DNA of 64,000 nt from Mobula birostris (GCF_030028105.1 NC_092379.1:16004222-16068221), one strand, 5' to 3'; shown: positions 36,740-48,814, counted from the stretch's first letter. A program made the numbers and translations. Notes: generated from the sequence alone by a model not told the origin.

Positions 36740-38450
36740 CCTAATAACACACATTAGGAAAGATGCGATTGCACTGGAAAGAGTGCAGAGAAAATTCACT
36801 ACAATTTGAATGACCTTAAAGTGTATTAAAGTAGATAAATACCCAGAGTCTGACGTACCCAGACATTGTGGGAAGCTAGCGAAGAGGTTACTGAAGCCCT
36901 TGCAGAAGTAGTTTGCTTCATCTTTGGCCACAGGTGAGGTTCTGGGGTACTGGAGTATCAGTGTTTAAAAGGTGTAGCAAAAACAAGTCAGAAAATTACA
37001 GACCGGTGAGTCTGACATCAGTGATGCAAATTCTGTGCAACAGGATCTACCAACATTTGGAGAGATGGCATCCAATTCAGGATAGTCAGCACACAAGCTA
37101 ACGAATTTTTTGAAGTTCTTTGAGGTAACCAAGAAGGCAGGTTGAGGATAGGATAGTGGATGTTATCTTTATGAATTTTAGCAAGGTACTTCATAGTAGG
37201 CTGGTCTGGAATGTTAGATTGCATTGGATCCAGAGGGACATAGCAGAATGGATTCATAATTGGCTCAGTAGTAGGGAGCAGAGGGTGATGGTCAGGGATT
37301 GTTTCTCAGACTGGCGGTCTGGGTTTAGTGGTGTTCCATAGGGACTGAAATCTTTGTTAGTGAATGTACAAGACATGGTTAGTAAGTTTGCAGCTGATAC
37401 TGAAATAGGTGTTGTAAACAGTGTAGAAGATCTACAGAAGGATTTTGATCAGCTAAGGTACATGGGCTATGGATTGACAAGTAGCTTTTAATCCAGATGT
37501 TGTTCTTTCTCGCACCTTGTGGCACATCAGGCAGCATTTTGCCGTTTCCGTACTATCTGACTTTTTTTTATACGAGGCTGAGTTACTAACTCGACACTCA
37601 GCCCAGTGCAGATGGAAAGCGTGGAAGGAGCCAGCCAGATTTGAACTGGGACCATTCACATTGAAGTCCAGTGCTGATAACACTGGCTTAATTTCAATCC
37701 AGATAAATGTGAGGTATTTTGTTTTAGAATATCAAAGGGTTTATACAGTGAGTACTAAGGTCCTGGGAGTGTTATGGAACATGATCAACATTTCAAAGTC
37801 ACCTAGATAGGAGAGGTTTAGAAGGCTGAGTCAAAAGTGGACAGGTGAGATTAGCTCACCAGGCAGTAGTCAGCATGAACAAGTCGGCCAAAGGGCCTGG
37901 TTCAACGCTGTATGAATAAAAGAATACCTGATGGTGCTTTAGCTACAAGGAGAGATTAGATAGACTGGTTTTCTTTTTACTTAGAGCAGCAGTTGAGGAC
38001 GGACCAATAGAGGTGTACTAAATTGTGAGAGGCAGAGATAGAGTAAATAGGAAAGGTTTTTCCCCCATGGTGAAGATGTCAGAAAACAGAGAACAAGAGC
38101 CTTAAGGTGAGGAGTAAGAAGGGACCTGAAGAAGAAATTTCTCACTTCAAGGGTGTTACCCTCTAAGCGCACTGGCTGAGGCAGGTGATCTGATTAACAT
38201 CATCTCAAATGAAATTTAGTGGTTTCATAGATACCAGGAAAAGTTGTCTTAAGGCAACAGCCTTATTGGCATTGATCAGCTAGAAATTTGGGTGGAGCAA
38301 CGTCAGGTGGAATTTAATCCTGATGAATATGAATTTGTGTGTCTTGGAGGGTAAGAAGGATAGTGCATACACAGTAAATTATAGGAACTCTAGGGAGTAT
38401 TGATAAACAGAGAGATCTTGGAGTGTAGGGGAATTACTAGGACAGGCTGG
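36740..38450 (+). mobile_element. CR1 LINE fragments with an inserted SINE
   Basis: ENYRPVSLTSV, DVIFMNFSK and KFAADT motifs. Confidence 0.7.
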
Positions 38451-39854
38451 TTTGAGATATCCAGGAATTGGATTTGTTAAATTGTGATTACTATCATCAC
38501 ATGTACTCGGTACAGTGAACACCTTGCTTTTGTATACCATCCATGTAGATCATTTCATTCCAACAGGGAAAGCAATCACAGAAAGCAGAATAAAGTGTCA
38601 CAATTACAGACAAAGTGCAGAGTGAGCAGACAATATTGTGAAAGGCCATATCAAGGTAGTTTGTGAGGTCAAGAGGTCAGTTTACTGCACTAGGGAACTG
38701 TTCAAAGGTCTTACAATAGCTGGATAGAAGTTGTCCCTGAGCCTCAGTACCTTCAGGCTTTTGTATCTTCTGCCCGGTGGGAAGGGAGTTGGAAGGCATG
38801 CAAAACAAAGGTTTTCACAGTGCCTCAGTATATGTGACAATAATAAACCCATTTTCCAAGTTACAAGTCCAATTGAGTTTAGTTATGAGAGGAAGTTACT
38901 GACTCTCCCTCTCTAGAACGAAAGCTATGAAAGGCCTGGTCACTGAGGAGGTGCAGCATTTCAGAATCCTGATGGTTTCCTCCTTAGTGCATGCAAGATG
39001 TGAGCCAAGGGCCAGAGTTTGCTGTGGATGGAAGTCAGGGTGGGGAACCCCAGAGGTCAGCAATGAGGGTAGTTTTGTGGCCAGACCTGGGTTCAGGAAT
39101 GCATGTACATCTCCTGTTCCTTTCAAACTCAAGTGTTCACAGGAAAACTTATTATACCACAATGTAATGTGTTAAAAGAAAAAGATGAAATTGAGGTGTG
39201 TTTGGGGGTGTAATAGGCGGTAGTCTAGACAATCCACTTGTACAGTACTGAAGGAGTTTTACCAAAGATAGATTTCTGGACAGATAGGGTTTGAAAAGAG
39301 AGCAGTTGTTATTGAGCTGGGATAATATCAAAGGATGGAGCAGGCTGCAGGAGCCAGACGGCAGCTTGCTGTCCCTTGTTTTGTGTTTGTTTCGAGATCA
39401 GCGTCTTTCAATCCAAAAGCTGTGCAACGGAAAAATTGATTTTTGTGTACATGTGGCAAAAAAGCTGTATGCATTTGAATTGATAGTCTATAATTGTGTC
39501 AAGTTCTGGGTGGAAGGGGGATGACTGGAGAGGCTACCGCAGGGTCATGAGTGGTCAGACATGTGTAAGGCCCGAGGTCACCAATAGTAAGGTGGGTGTG
39601 TGAATACTAAGAACACCAACATAAATGAGTAATAGACATTGTAAAATCTGACACCCTGTCACAAACATAGAACAAAACCTGATTAATGGCTGCTTTGGTG
39701 TGTGGATCTCGTTTGCACAAACAGTTTTAATGTGAGCACTGTACAGCATACAGACCTTGGACAAGAGTCTGTGGTACCAGCACACAGACATAACACAGTT
39801 TATGATGAAATTTCATTATAATATACAGAAAGTGATGCAATACCATAGAATTTC

Positions 39855-40135
39855 TATCAGAATCAAGTTTATTATCACCGGCATGTGACGTGAGATTTGT
39901 TAATTTAGCAACAGCAATTCAATGCAATACATAATCTAGCAGAGAGGGAAAAAATAATAATAATAAATAAAACATAATAAGTAAATCAATTATGTATATT
40001 GAATAGATTTTTAAAATGTGCAAAAACAGAAATACTATATATTATAAAAAGTGAGGTAGTGTCCAAAGCTTCAAAGTCCATTTAGGAATCGGATGGCAGA
40101 GGGGAAGAAGCTATTCCTGAATCGCTGAGTGTGTG
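39855..40135 (-). mobile_element. Rex1 LINE 3' tail
   Basis: Closely similar to the 3' tail of the Rex1 copy at 57312-58445. Confidence 0.8.
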
Positions 40136-41077
40136 TATTCTCTAAGTTTTTTTAAACCAAAAACTTAAGAATAATAGGGGAGATTTTGTGCTTAACAATT
40201 CTAACTTACACTTCAAGGAAAAGCTGCCTTACAATTAACAAATCTTCCAGTATAGACTGCTGGGAAAATTCACTTTGTGAGGTCTTGTACATTAAGAAGC
40301 TGAAGGTATAAAGAGGTTATCAAAACTAGCTTTGTTCAATCAACAAGGTCGTGCTCCAGATTCAGTTTGTTAAAACACCAAAAACATTTTAAAAACATTC
40401 CCTTTCTGAATACTTCTGAAACATGTAAAATGGTTTTAAAATGTAAACATATTTAAATGAGATGAAAGATAAAAAAAATACTTGGGGAAAAAAACTAAAA
40501 TATTTACAACACTTCCAGTTTCAAACACCTTCACCACTTCAAATAATTTAAATTAGCAAGCTGCTAGAGGTTTATATGTAGAAAAAAAATGGCAAGATTT
40601 GAAAGAGTAGTTCTAAGTCTTAAATCATTTATTTCCATTAAAATCAATGAGAAAATATCTCTGATGCATACTGTCCAGGCAAGTTCTTATTATAAGTGAT
40701 GTTCCTCATTGAACACCCTAGTGACTCCAATGCTGGAAGGCAGTTTGGTGGCTCTTTCCGCTTGGATTTTGAACACAGATACACGGAATTCCAAATGTTA
40801 CCATCAGTTTTGCAGAGAAATGACTTGGTTTGCTGCAAGTTTCACCATTATTACTCTGCAAAATCCAGGCCGTTGCTTTCTAAATTCTTACATTAAACAC
40901 TCAATAAAATTTCCATGTTTTGTAGCTGCTCTAACAATAAAAGGAATGTTGCCATTTTCCAGAGATATTGATTATTCTTAGAATTGATGAGCAGTACCAA
41001 TATAATACAGAAAATAATTCTCATAGAAAGCAATACCTCAGGTTTAATACACTTTACAGTACGATTATAATGCTTAC

Positions 41078-41331
41078 CTGTACTGAAAGGTTAGATTAGT
41101 AACTTTAGTTCTTATTTGATCTTTATCACGGTTTATCCCAGTGGCTTCATAAAATTCTTCAGCTATCTTTTCATATACTTTAGCATTTCTCTTGGCTGTT
41201 CGAAGATCTGATAAATACTCATTCCATATACGTATCAGAACACTTGTTTCAACCTCAGTCCAGTTGCTTGATCGCTTTGGTTTGTCTATTTGAGCAGCTG
41301 ATCTATTGCTGCCACTGTTACAAGCTGCCAT
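41078..41331 (-). CDS. MSANTD1-like Myb/SANT DNA-binding protein, coding exon 1 (nested antisense in RYR1 intron)
   Basis: ATG in strong context (AAAATGG) with an in-frame TGA 15 nt upstream. Encodes ...KRSSNWTEVETSVLIRIWNEYLSDLRTAKRNAKVYEKIAEEFYEATGINRDKDQIRTKVTNLTFQY, resembling MSANTD1 RNWTDAEM...KRNAKVYEKMA...KITNMTFQYR. Donor AG|gtaagc, phase 2. Confidence 0.93.
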
Positions 41332-41354
41332 TTTGGAAATACATCAGCGTATCC

Positions 41355-41800
41355 GTGAGGAGAAGCTTTAAACATCTTATCTCAGAGTTCATGACTGATG
41401 GCTAATTGAAAAGCTTTTAAATTCTGGCAAGCATTTCTAAAACCCTTTTAGAACACATTCAAAAGGTTTTAGATAAAAGGATTGATGATGGATGACTAAC
41501 ATAATTTCTTTCAAGTAAAAGCTTTTGGATGAATGCTTCTAGAGTGTAACTGCCTGAAAAGGGTGCAGGATTTTGGCATTCCATTCTGTATTTAAATACT
41601 TAAAGCTTTTTCAGCTGGTGCCTGTTAGCTCTTGATGTAAAGTGCCTGTTGCCAGGGTAACATTGTATCAGTGATGGTCTAACACTGATGATGCTACTTT
41701 TCTTAAAAGCTTTTAATTGGTTCCCTTCATGAAATGAAGGTCGCTCTTAAATTCTAAAAGCTTTCAATTGAAACCATTGAATTAGCCATCTGTCAGAAGT
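41355..41800. promoter_or_regulatory. Palindrome-rich putative promoter/5' region of the MSANTD1-like gene
   Basis: AAGCTT cores at 41363, 41411, 41519, 41603, 41707 and 41758, mostly within AAAAGCTTTT. Variants are AAAAGGTTTT (41461) and TTCTAAAA-ccc-TTTTAGAA (41435-41453). Outer inverted repeat at 41392-41407 / 41780-41795. Lies directly 5' of the ATG with no recognisable TE sequence. Confidence 0.6.
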
Positions 41801-42599
41801 GTAATTGGTGTAATTAAGAGATGAAATCCTGAAATACATTTATTCCACGTGACTGGCTACATTGTGCTCAGTTTCAGTCAGATCAATGGAACTTAATTTC
41901 AGAGAATACTAACATCATAGTATGAAAAACAGTAATTCAGTTTTACTGTTTGCCTGATGCATTGAAAATATCATATAGATTTTTGATTCTAATTGTGACT
42001 TGACATATACCTTCTGGGCGATTTTGACACCAGAGCAGGTTCTAATGAAAAATTGCAACAATTGTTTTATAGTAAATAATTTCAAAGGTTCAAAGTTCAA
42101 AGGTTCAAAGGCTAATTTTATTGTCAAGTTATGCATGTACAATACAACTCTGATATTTGTCTTCTCCAGATAGCCATGAAATACAGAAAAACCATGAGAG
42201 TTGTTGAAAGAGAAGACATCAACACCCCCCCCACACACACACACACACAAAAAGAAATAGAATCAAAACTTGCAAACCCCAATACCTCCACCCCATCCCT
42301 TGTACAAAAAAACTAACAGATCACCCACATGGAAAATGGCAGCTAGAACATCAAAACCCCAAATCCCCAACCTCCTCCCTCTCAAAAAAGAACAGCAACA
42401 AAAGTATCAAACCTCAACTTACATCACAATATGTGACATGGTAAAATCTGCAGATATATTATAAAACATAAGGCACCTCCATGTAAAATGCCAGCAGCAA
42501 TTGCTCTTCATTTTGTCTATTAGGATGTGTCATTGTGTGTGTATTTGTGAACTGCTGTAAAAGAAAATTATATAAGCTTTAGATTTTCACAGTATCAAC

Positions 42600-42990
42600 C
42601 GTGCACTAGTATCATGTCTTTTACCGTCTGAGGACATCACAAATAGTCTACAGGCAATGAAATACTAGAAATGCACACTGCAAGCTTCCATAAATAAAAA
42701 TAATAATCAGATGATCTATTTTAGTGATGTTGTTTAGGAGGTAATTATCAGGCACAGGGCACAGGGGAGTTATTCTTTTCCCATGTTTGAAGTTGTGCCA
42801 TGGGATCTGGTTAAACTATCTCATTCAAAAGGTGATAATGCTGTCCCCTTGGTATTGCTGAAACTACACTGGAATGCCAGCTTAGATCTCCAGTGCAGTC
42901 CAAGCCATAGCAAAGGGTCAGATCTTTGCAGAGTGGAACTTGAAACATTTTAACTTGACATTCGGAAAGCTGCTAATCAGACCACAGGTG
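42600..42990 (-). mobile_element. Ancient DeuSINE (SacSINE1/AmnSINE-related) relic
   Basis: Reverse Deu-domain-like segments (ttttagtgatgttg...gtgccatgggatct...cactggaatgccagcttagat...gagtggaacttgaa), recognised from the recalled consensus. Confidence 0.55.
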
Positions 42991-43744
42991 AAAGGGCAGA
43001 AGTTACAGAGCGCAAGAAAATAGAGACACAAGAGGCTGCAGGTGCAGGAGTTTGGAGCAATAAGCAAATTGCTGGAGGAATTTAGTGGGTCGTGCTGGGG
43101 CGGAAATACACAATCAACGTTTCTAGTTGAAACTCATCTGCCTGACACGCTGGGTTCTTCCAGCAGATTAGAAGCACAAGAGCTTCTGCAGATACTGGAA
43201 ATCCAGAGTAACATGCAAAAAAAAAAATGCTGCAGGAAATCAGCAGGCCGGACGGCATCTACTGAGAGGAAGAAATATTTGACATTTAGGGCCAAGACCC
43301 GAAATGCTGACTGTATCTGCCTAATCTGCTGAGTTCCTCCAGAATTTTATTGTGTCTTCCAGATAATTGTTTGCTGCACCCCGAAGACACGTTTTTATCT
43401 ACCTCTGTCACTTAGACTGTAAACTAGTTGGAAGAAAGGCAGTATAAAAAGGTGAAGGGACAGGGTGGCGAGAGCTGTAAATAATAGGTCGATCCACGTG
43501 CAGAGAGGTGATAACAGATACAGGTTGGGAGGTGATAGGTGGTGGCAACAGATTATGGAACCTGGCAGGAGAGGAAACATGGAACCAAATAAGGGAGGTG
43601 GGGTAGGCATGTGGGACAGTTGGATGAGGGAATAATTGTGGGAAGGGTATATAGGTGATAGGTAGATAGAGTGGGTGGAGAAGAGGAAAGAAACAGGGTG
43701 AAGAGAGCTAGGGTGGGTGTGGGAGGAAGTGATAAAGGGGTCAG

Positions 43745-44630
43745 TCATAGAGTCACACAGCATGGAAACAGGTTCTTCATCCCAACTTATCTATACTGAC
43801 TGCGTTCCCAGCAAGCCCACATTTGGAGTCCTCTAAGTCTCTCCCATCATTTTTCTTCTCTAGATGGCTTTTAAATATTGATAGCCTCAACCACTATTTC
43901 TGGTAATTCCAAATATGCACCATCCTTTGCGTGAAGAAGCTGCCCCTGATGTACCTTTTGAATCTCTCCATTCTGATCTTAAACTCTTGTACCTACCCCT
44001 CCCTGGGAAAAAACGATGTGCTTTCATCCTAACTCTGCCTCTCATGATCTTATAGACCTCTATCAGGTCCCTCCTCAATCTCCTATGTTTCAGGAAATAA
44101 AGTCCCAGTCTACGTAACCTCTCTTTGTAACTCAGCCCACCAAGTCCAGGCAACCTCGTGGTAAATCTTTTCTGTACTCTTTCTAGTTTAATAACATCTT
44201 TCCTATAAAAGTGCTGCCAACATTGTACACAACACTCCAAATGGCCACACCAATTACTTATATAACCGCAACATAACTTTCTAACTCTTACACTTCATGC
44301 TCTGACCGATGGAGGTCAGCATGTCAAATGTCTTGTTGACAACTCTAACTGTGAAACTGTTTTTGGCGAACTACGCTCTTGCATTCCTAGGTTTCTCTGC
44401 TCCATAACACTTCCCAGGCCCTACCATTCACTATATAAATCCTACCCTGGTTTGATCTCCCAAAATGCAATTCAGCACACTTATTTGGAGTGAAAGTCAT
44501 TTGCTAATCCTCATCCCACTAATCAAGAAACCACCCGTAACTTTTCATACCAACCTATGTTAATGTCATTCACAGACTGACTAACAAGGCCTTGTACATT
44601 CACATCCAAATCATTTATGTAAGTTACAGC
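43745..44630 (-). mobile_element. CR1 LINE 3' fragment
   Basis: Peptide RKDVIKLERVQKRFTTRLPGLGGLSYKERLRRLGLY...DLIEVYKIM. Confidence 0.85.
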
Positions 44631-44644
44631 CAACAAGAGAGATA

Positions 44645-45640
44645 GCAGAAACAAGAGAAAATCTGCAGATGCTGGAAATCCAAGCAACAAACACAAAATG
44701 CTGGAGGAGCTCAGCAGGCCAAACAGCATCTATGGAAAAATGTTCAGTAGATGTTTTGGGCCAAAACCCGTTGGGAGAATTGGAGAAAAAAAAGCTGAGG
44801 AAAAGGTGGTGGGAAGGGGAGAGAGAAACACCAGATGATAGGTGAAACCTGGAGGGGGAGGGATGAAGTAAAGAGCTGGGAAGTTGATTGGTGAAAGAGA
44901 CAGAAGGTCATGGAAAAAAAAGTGGGGAGGGGCACCAGAGGGAGGAGCAAGGAGATAATTGAGAGAGGGAAAAGGGTATGGGAAATGGAGAAGGGTGATG
45001 GTGGGAGACATTACTGGAATTTTGAGAAATCAATGTTCATGCTATCAGCTTGGAGGCTGCCCCAAATGGAATATAAGGTGTTGTTCCTCCAATCTAAGTG
45101 TGGCCTCATCCTGACAGTGGAGGAGGCCATGGATGGACATATCGGAATGGGAATGGGAAGTGGAATTAAAATGGGTGGCCACTGGGAGATCCCGCTTGTT
45201 CTGGCGGAAGGAACGTAGGTGCTCGGTGAAACAGTCTCCCACTCTGCGTTGGGTCTCACCAATATTCAGGAGGCCACACCGGGAGCACTGAACACAGTAA
45301 GAGACCCCAACAGACTCACAGGTGAAGTGTTGCCTCACCTGAAAGGACTGCTTAAGACCCTGAATGGTAGTGAGGGAGGAGGTGTAGGAGCAGGTGTAGC
45401 ACCTGTAGCAGGTAGCAGTTTGCATGAAATTGGAGAATTCAATGTTTATACCATCAAGTTGGAGACCACCTGCGCGAATATGAAGTATTGTTTCTCTAGT
45501 TTGCATTTAACATCACCCTGCCAATGGTGGGTGGCTGAGGACAGACAGGATGGTTTGGAAATGAGAAGGGGAATTAAAATGGTTGGCAACCAGGTGCTCC
45601 AGAAAGTTATAGCAGACAGAGTGCAGATGCTTGGCACACA
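44645..45640 (-). mobile_element. Penelope-like elements (two stacked GIY-YIG fragments)
   Basis: Peptide YCVQCSRCGLLNIGETQRRVGDCFTEHLRS...PVATHFNSTSHSHSD. Confidence 0.85.
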
Positions 45641-46024
45641 TGTCGCCAGGGTAAGACCTAGCTACTCCAACCTGCCTAGCCCTTTAATGCAGTCATGCCT
45701 GCTCTATCCCAGGCCTCAATTTTCTTTTCCTTGTAGCCTTAAATTCCAATGATCATTCTTTTTTTTTTCCCAGTACCTCCAGTGATCTGGTCTCCACAGC
45801 CTTCGGAGGAGTGAATTCCAGAGATCTATTCCAGAGAAATGTATCTGCAAAGAGCATAAATGTGTTTAGAAATGATGAGAGCCCATTTGCCTTTAGCTGC
45901 TTATTATCAATTGAGATGAGTTTTGAGAATTAGCGCTCCTGTCCATGTTCTCTCTCTCCCTGAATCAATTCAGGGAAGATTTACTCACTGATGCCTGAAA
46001 TGGATGGGTGTGTGGGTCACCTTT

Positions 46025-46415
46025 ATAGAAACATAGAAAATAGGTGCAGGAGTAGGCCATTCAGCCTTTCGAGCCTAGACCACCATTCAGTATGATCATG
46101 GCTGATCATCCAACGCAGAACCCTGTACCTGCCTTCCCTCCATACCCCCGATCCCTTTAGCCACAAGGGCCATATCTAATTCTCTCTTAAATGTAGCCAA
46201 TGAACTGGCCTCATCTGTTTCCTGTGGCAGATAATTCCACAGACTCACCACTCGCTGTGTGAAGAAGTTTTTCCTCATCTCGGTCCTAAAAGGCTTCTCC
46301 TTTATCCTTAAACTGTGACCCCTCGTTCTAAACTTCCCCAACATCGGGAACAATCTTCCTGCATCTAGCCTGTCCAATCCCTTTAGAATTTTATACATTT
46401 CAATAAGATCCCCCC
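46025..46415 (-). mobile_element. Young CR1 3' end
   Basis: Open frame RGDLIEMYKILKGLDRLDAGRLFP...TRGHSLRI...RKNFFTQRVVSLWN with a (TTCTATGT)n-type tail. Confidence 0.9.
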
Positions 46416-46789
46416 TGTGGTTATGGTTGGGCAGACAGGGATTGCATCCCCCAGAGCATAGAAAAATGAGAAGAAAATGGATAAGACAAAGGTCATGAGG
46501 GTGCTGAATAGACAGATCTGCTGAGAATATTTTCTCTTCTGGGAAGGATCTGAAAGTAGGGGTCATTTTGTAAAAAATATGCTTTGCTGATTTAGGACAA
46601 CTGAGGTGGGTCTATTCTCTTCCTCAAAGGACAAAGGAAGAAAATTACTCAAATATGTTTAAGGCTGAGGCAGATAGAAACATAAGGAGCAAGAGTGCAA
46701 AGATGAAAATGTAGAGGTTGATAGTTCAATGCACAGGGCTCAGACTACAATCCTGATCTTACTAACTGGTAGAGTAGGCTGGAAGTCAT

Positions 46790-48370
46790 CGGATTCCAAC
46801 AGCTACACCTCTGGGCCTCTTTCTGCAATTGGATCCTCACCCTCCTCGCTCATCATAGATTGAAAACCTCATCTCCTCCTCACTAAACATCAACACAGAT
46901 GCAGCTCAGGTTTGTGTGAGGTGATAACACTACGGTTTGTTGGCAGAATCACAGATGGTGACAAGGAGGCCTTTGGTAGTGAGATAGGTTAGCTGGTTGG
47001 CGTCATAACAACATCCTTGCACTCAAGATCAGCAATGTCAAGGAAGTAGTTGTGGACTTCAGAAAGGGAAATTCAGACAAACATGCACTGTGCTCCTTTA
47101 AGCATCTGCAGTAGGAAGGGCGAGCATCTTCAAGATCCTGGGTGTGAGCATCTCAGAGGACCTATTCTGGGCCCAACACATAGTTGCAACCATGAAGTAG
47201 ACATACCAGCGTCTTTACTTTCTTAGAAGTTAACGGAGATTCAGCATGTCATTGATGAGTTTGACAAAGTTCTAGATGCACAGCGGAAAGAATTCTGACT
47301 GCATCATGGCCTGGTATAGAAATTCCAACGCACAGGAGTACAAGGGACGACAGTGAGTAATTAACTTAGTCAGATTTATCATGGGTGCAGTTCTCCCAGC
47401 CATCAAGGACATCATCAAGAGATGTTGTCTTCAGGAAGGTGATATCAGCATTAAAGATCCAGATCATAATCTCTTCTCATTGCTACCTTCAGGCAGGAGG
47501 TACAAGAGCCTGAAGACCCACACCTCAAGGTTCAACAACAGCTTCTTCCTCACTGTATTTCCTGCGTCAACTGAGGAAGTACAACCTGCCTCAGGAGCTG
47601 CTGATTCAATTCTCTTCAGGAATAATCCAGTCTGTTCTCTGTTCGACCATCACTGTCTGGTTTGGATCAGCTGCCAAACAAGACAAGAATAGACTCCAAA
47701 GAACCGTCAGGGCTGCGGAAAGGATTATTGGTGTGAAGCTGCCCTCGATCCAGGACTTATCTGCATCTAGAGTCAGGAAGCGAGCAAGCAGCATCATTGT
47801 AGACCCATCACACCCTGGACATCACTTGTCCCAACGCCTTCCTTCTGGTAGGCGCTTTAGATCACTGTATGCCAGGACAAATAGGTACAAGGACAGTTTC
47901 TTTCTGTATGCCATCAGTCTTATGAACACTTGAATTTTGTCTATTATAAACCAAGTCCACCTGTACATACACAGGTATACCTCATTGTATATAGTTCATG
48001 ATTATTTGCACTATTGTTTCATTTGCTTTTTTTATTCTGTACAGCAAAAGCTCAGGGAAACCGGCATCGAATTCCCTGTATGTGTCCACATACTTGGCGA
48101 TAATAAAGGATTCTGTTTCTGCTTCTGATTCTGCCATTGGGTTCTTGAACCGATGTGTAAAACCTTAGACTATACTTCTTTTTCTCAATTTGCACTAATG
48201 TCATTATATCTACTTTAGTTAATATAGTTGTGTAAGTTTTATATAATTTATGTCAATGCTAACTTATGTTTGTTATCTTTGTAATGTACAGAGAAACTTT
48301 GCTGCTGCTGCAAAAAGCTAATTTTCATGGTATTTATATGTATATGGCAGTATGCAGCTATAATAAACGT
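46790..48370 (+). mobile_element. Two nested Rex1/Babar LINE 3' fragments
   Basis: Peptides DPDHNLFSLLPSGRRYKSL and DPSHPGHHLSQRLPSGRRFRSL, each with its own 3' tail. Confidence 0.8.
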
Positions 48371-48814
48371 GAACTTGAAACTTGATGTACAAATCTTTGC
48401 TCCTATTTTGTATGTAAACTTAAAAGATTATCAGATGGGAGCATTGTATCTGCAGGTCTCCCTCTCAAGTAGTGTGATACTGACCCCAGGGCCAGACGGG
48501 ATGTAGCCTAAGTTACTATAGGTAAGCGATGGGAAGAGATTTCTGTGCTTTTGGCGCTCATCTTTGCATCCTCACTGGCCACAGGAGTAGTACCAGAAGA
48601 CAACAGGGTGGGAAATGTTACTCCTTTGTCCAAGATAGGTAATAAGTTTCATCCCAGAATTATAGACCAGCGAGTCAGAGGTGGGCAAACTATTGGAGAG
48701 GATTCCTGGAGACAGGGTTTTCAAGCATTTGGAGAATCATTCTGTGATGGTACATTGTGAATACCAGCACTTGGCTAGCGTTTGCAAACTATAAAAATTG
48801 TGATTTTCATTAAA

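Noticed and set aside
41355-41800. CRISPR-like array or heat-shock element cluster
   Set aside because: Eukaryotic context, repeats of only 8-14 bp with irregular spacers, and no match to nGAAnnTTCn arrays.
41800-43000. Search for a partner Harbinger/HARBI1-like DDE transposase next to the Myb/SANT gene, and for Harbinger TIRs with TWA target duplications
   Set aside because: No transposase-like frame or canonical Harbinger end was recognisable here or elsewhere in the window. The gene looks domesticated rather than part of an element.
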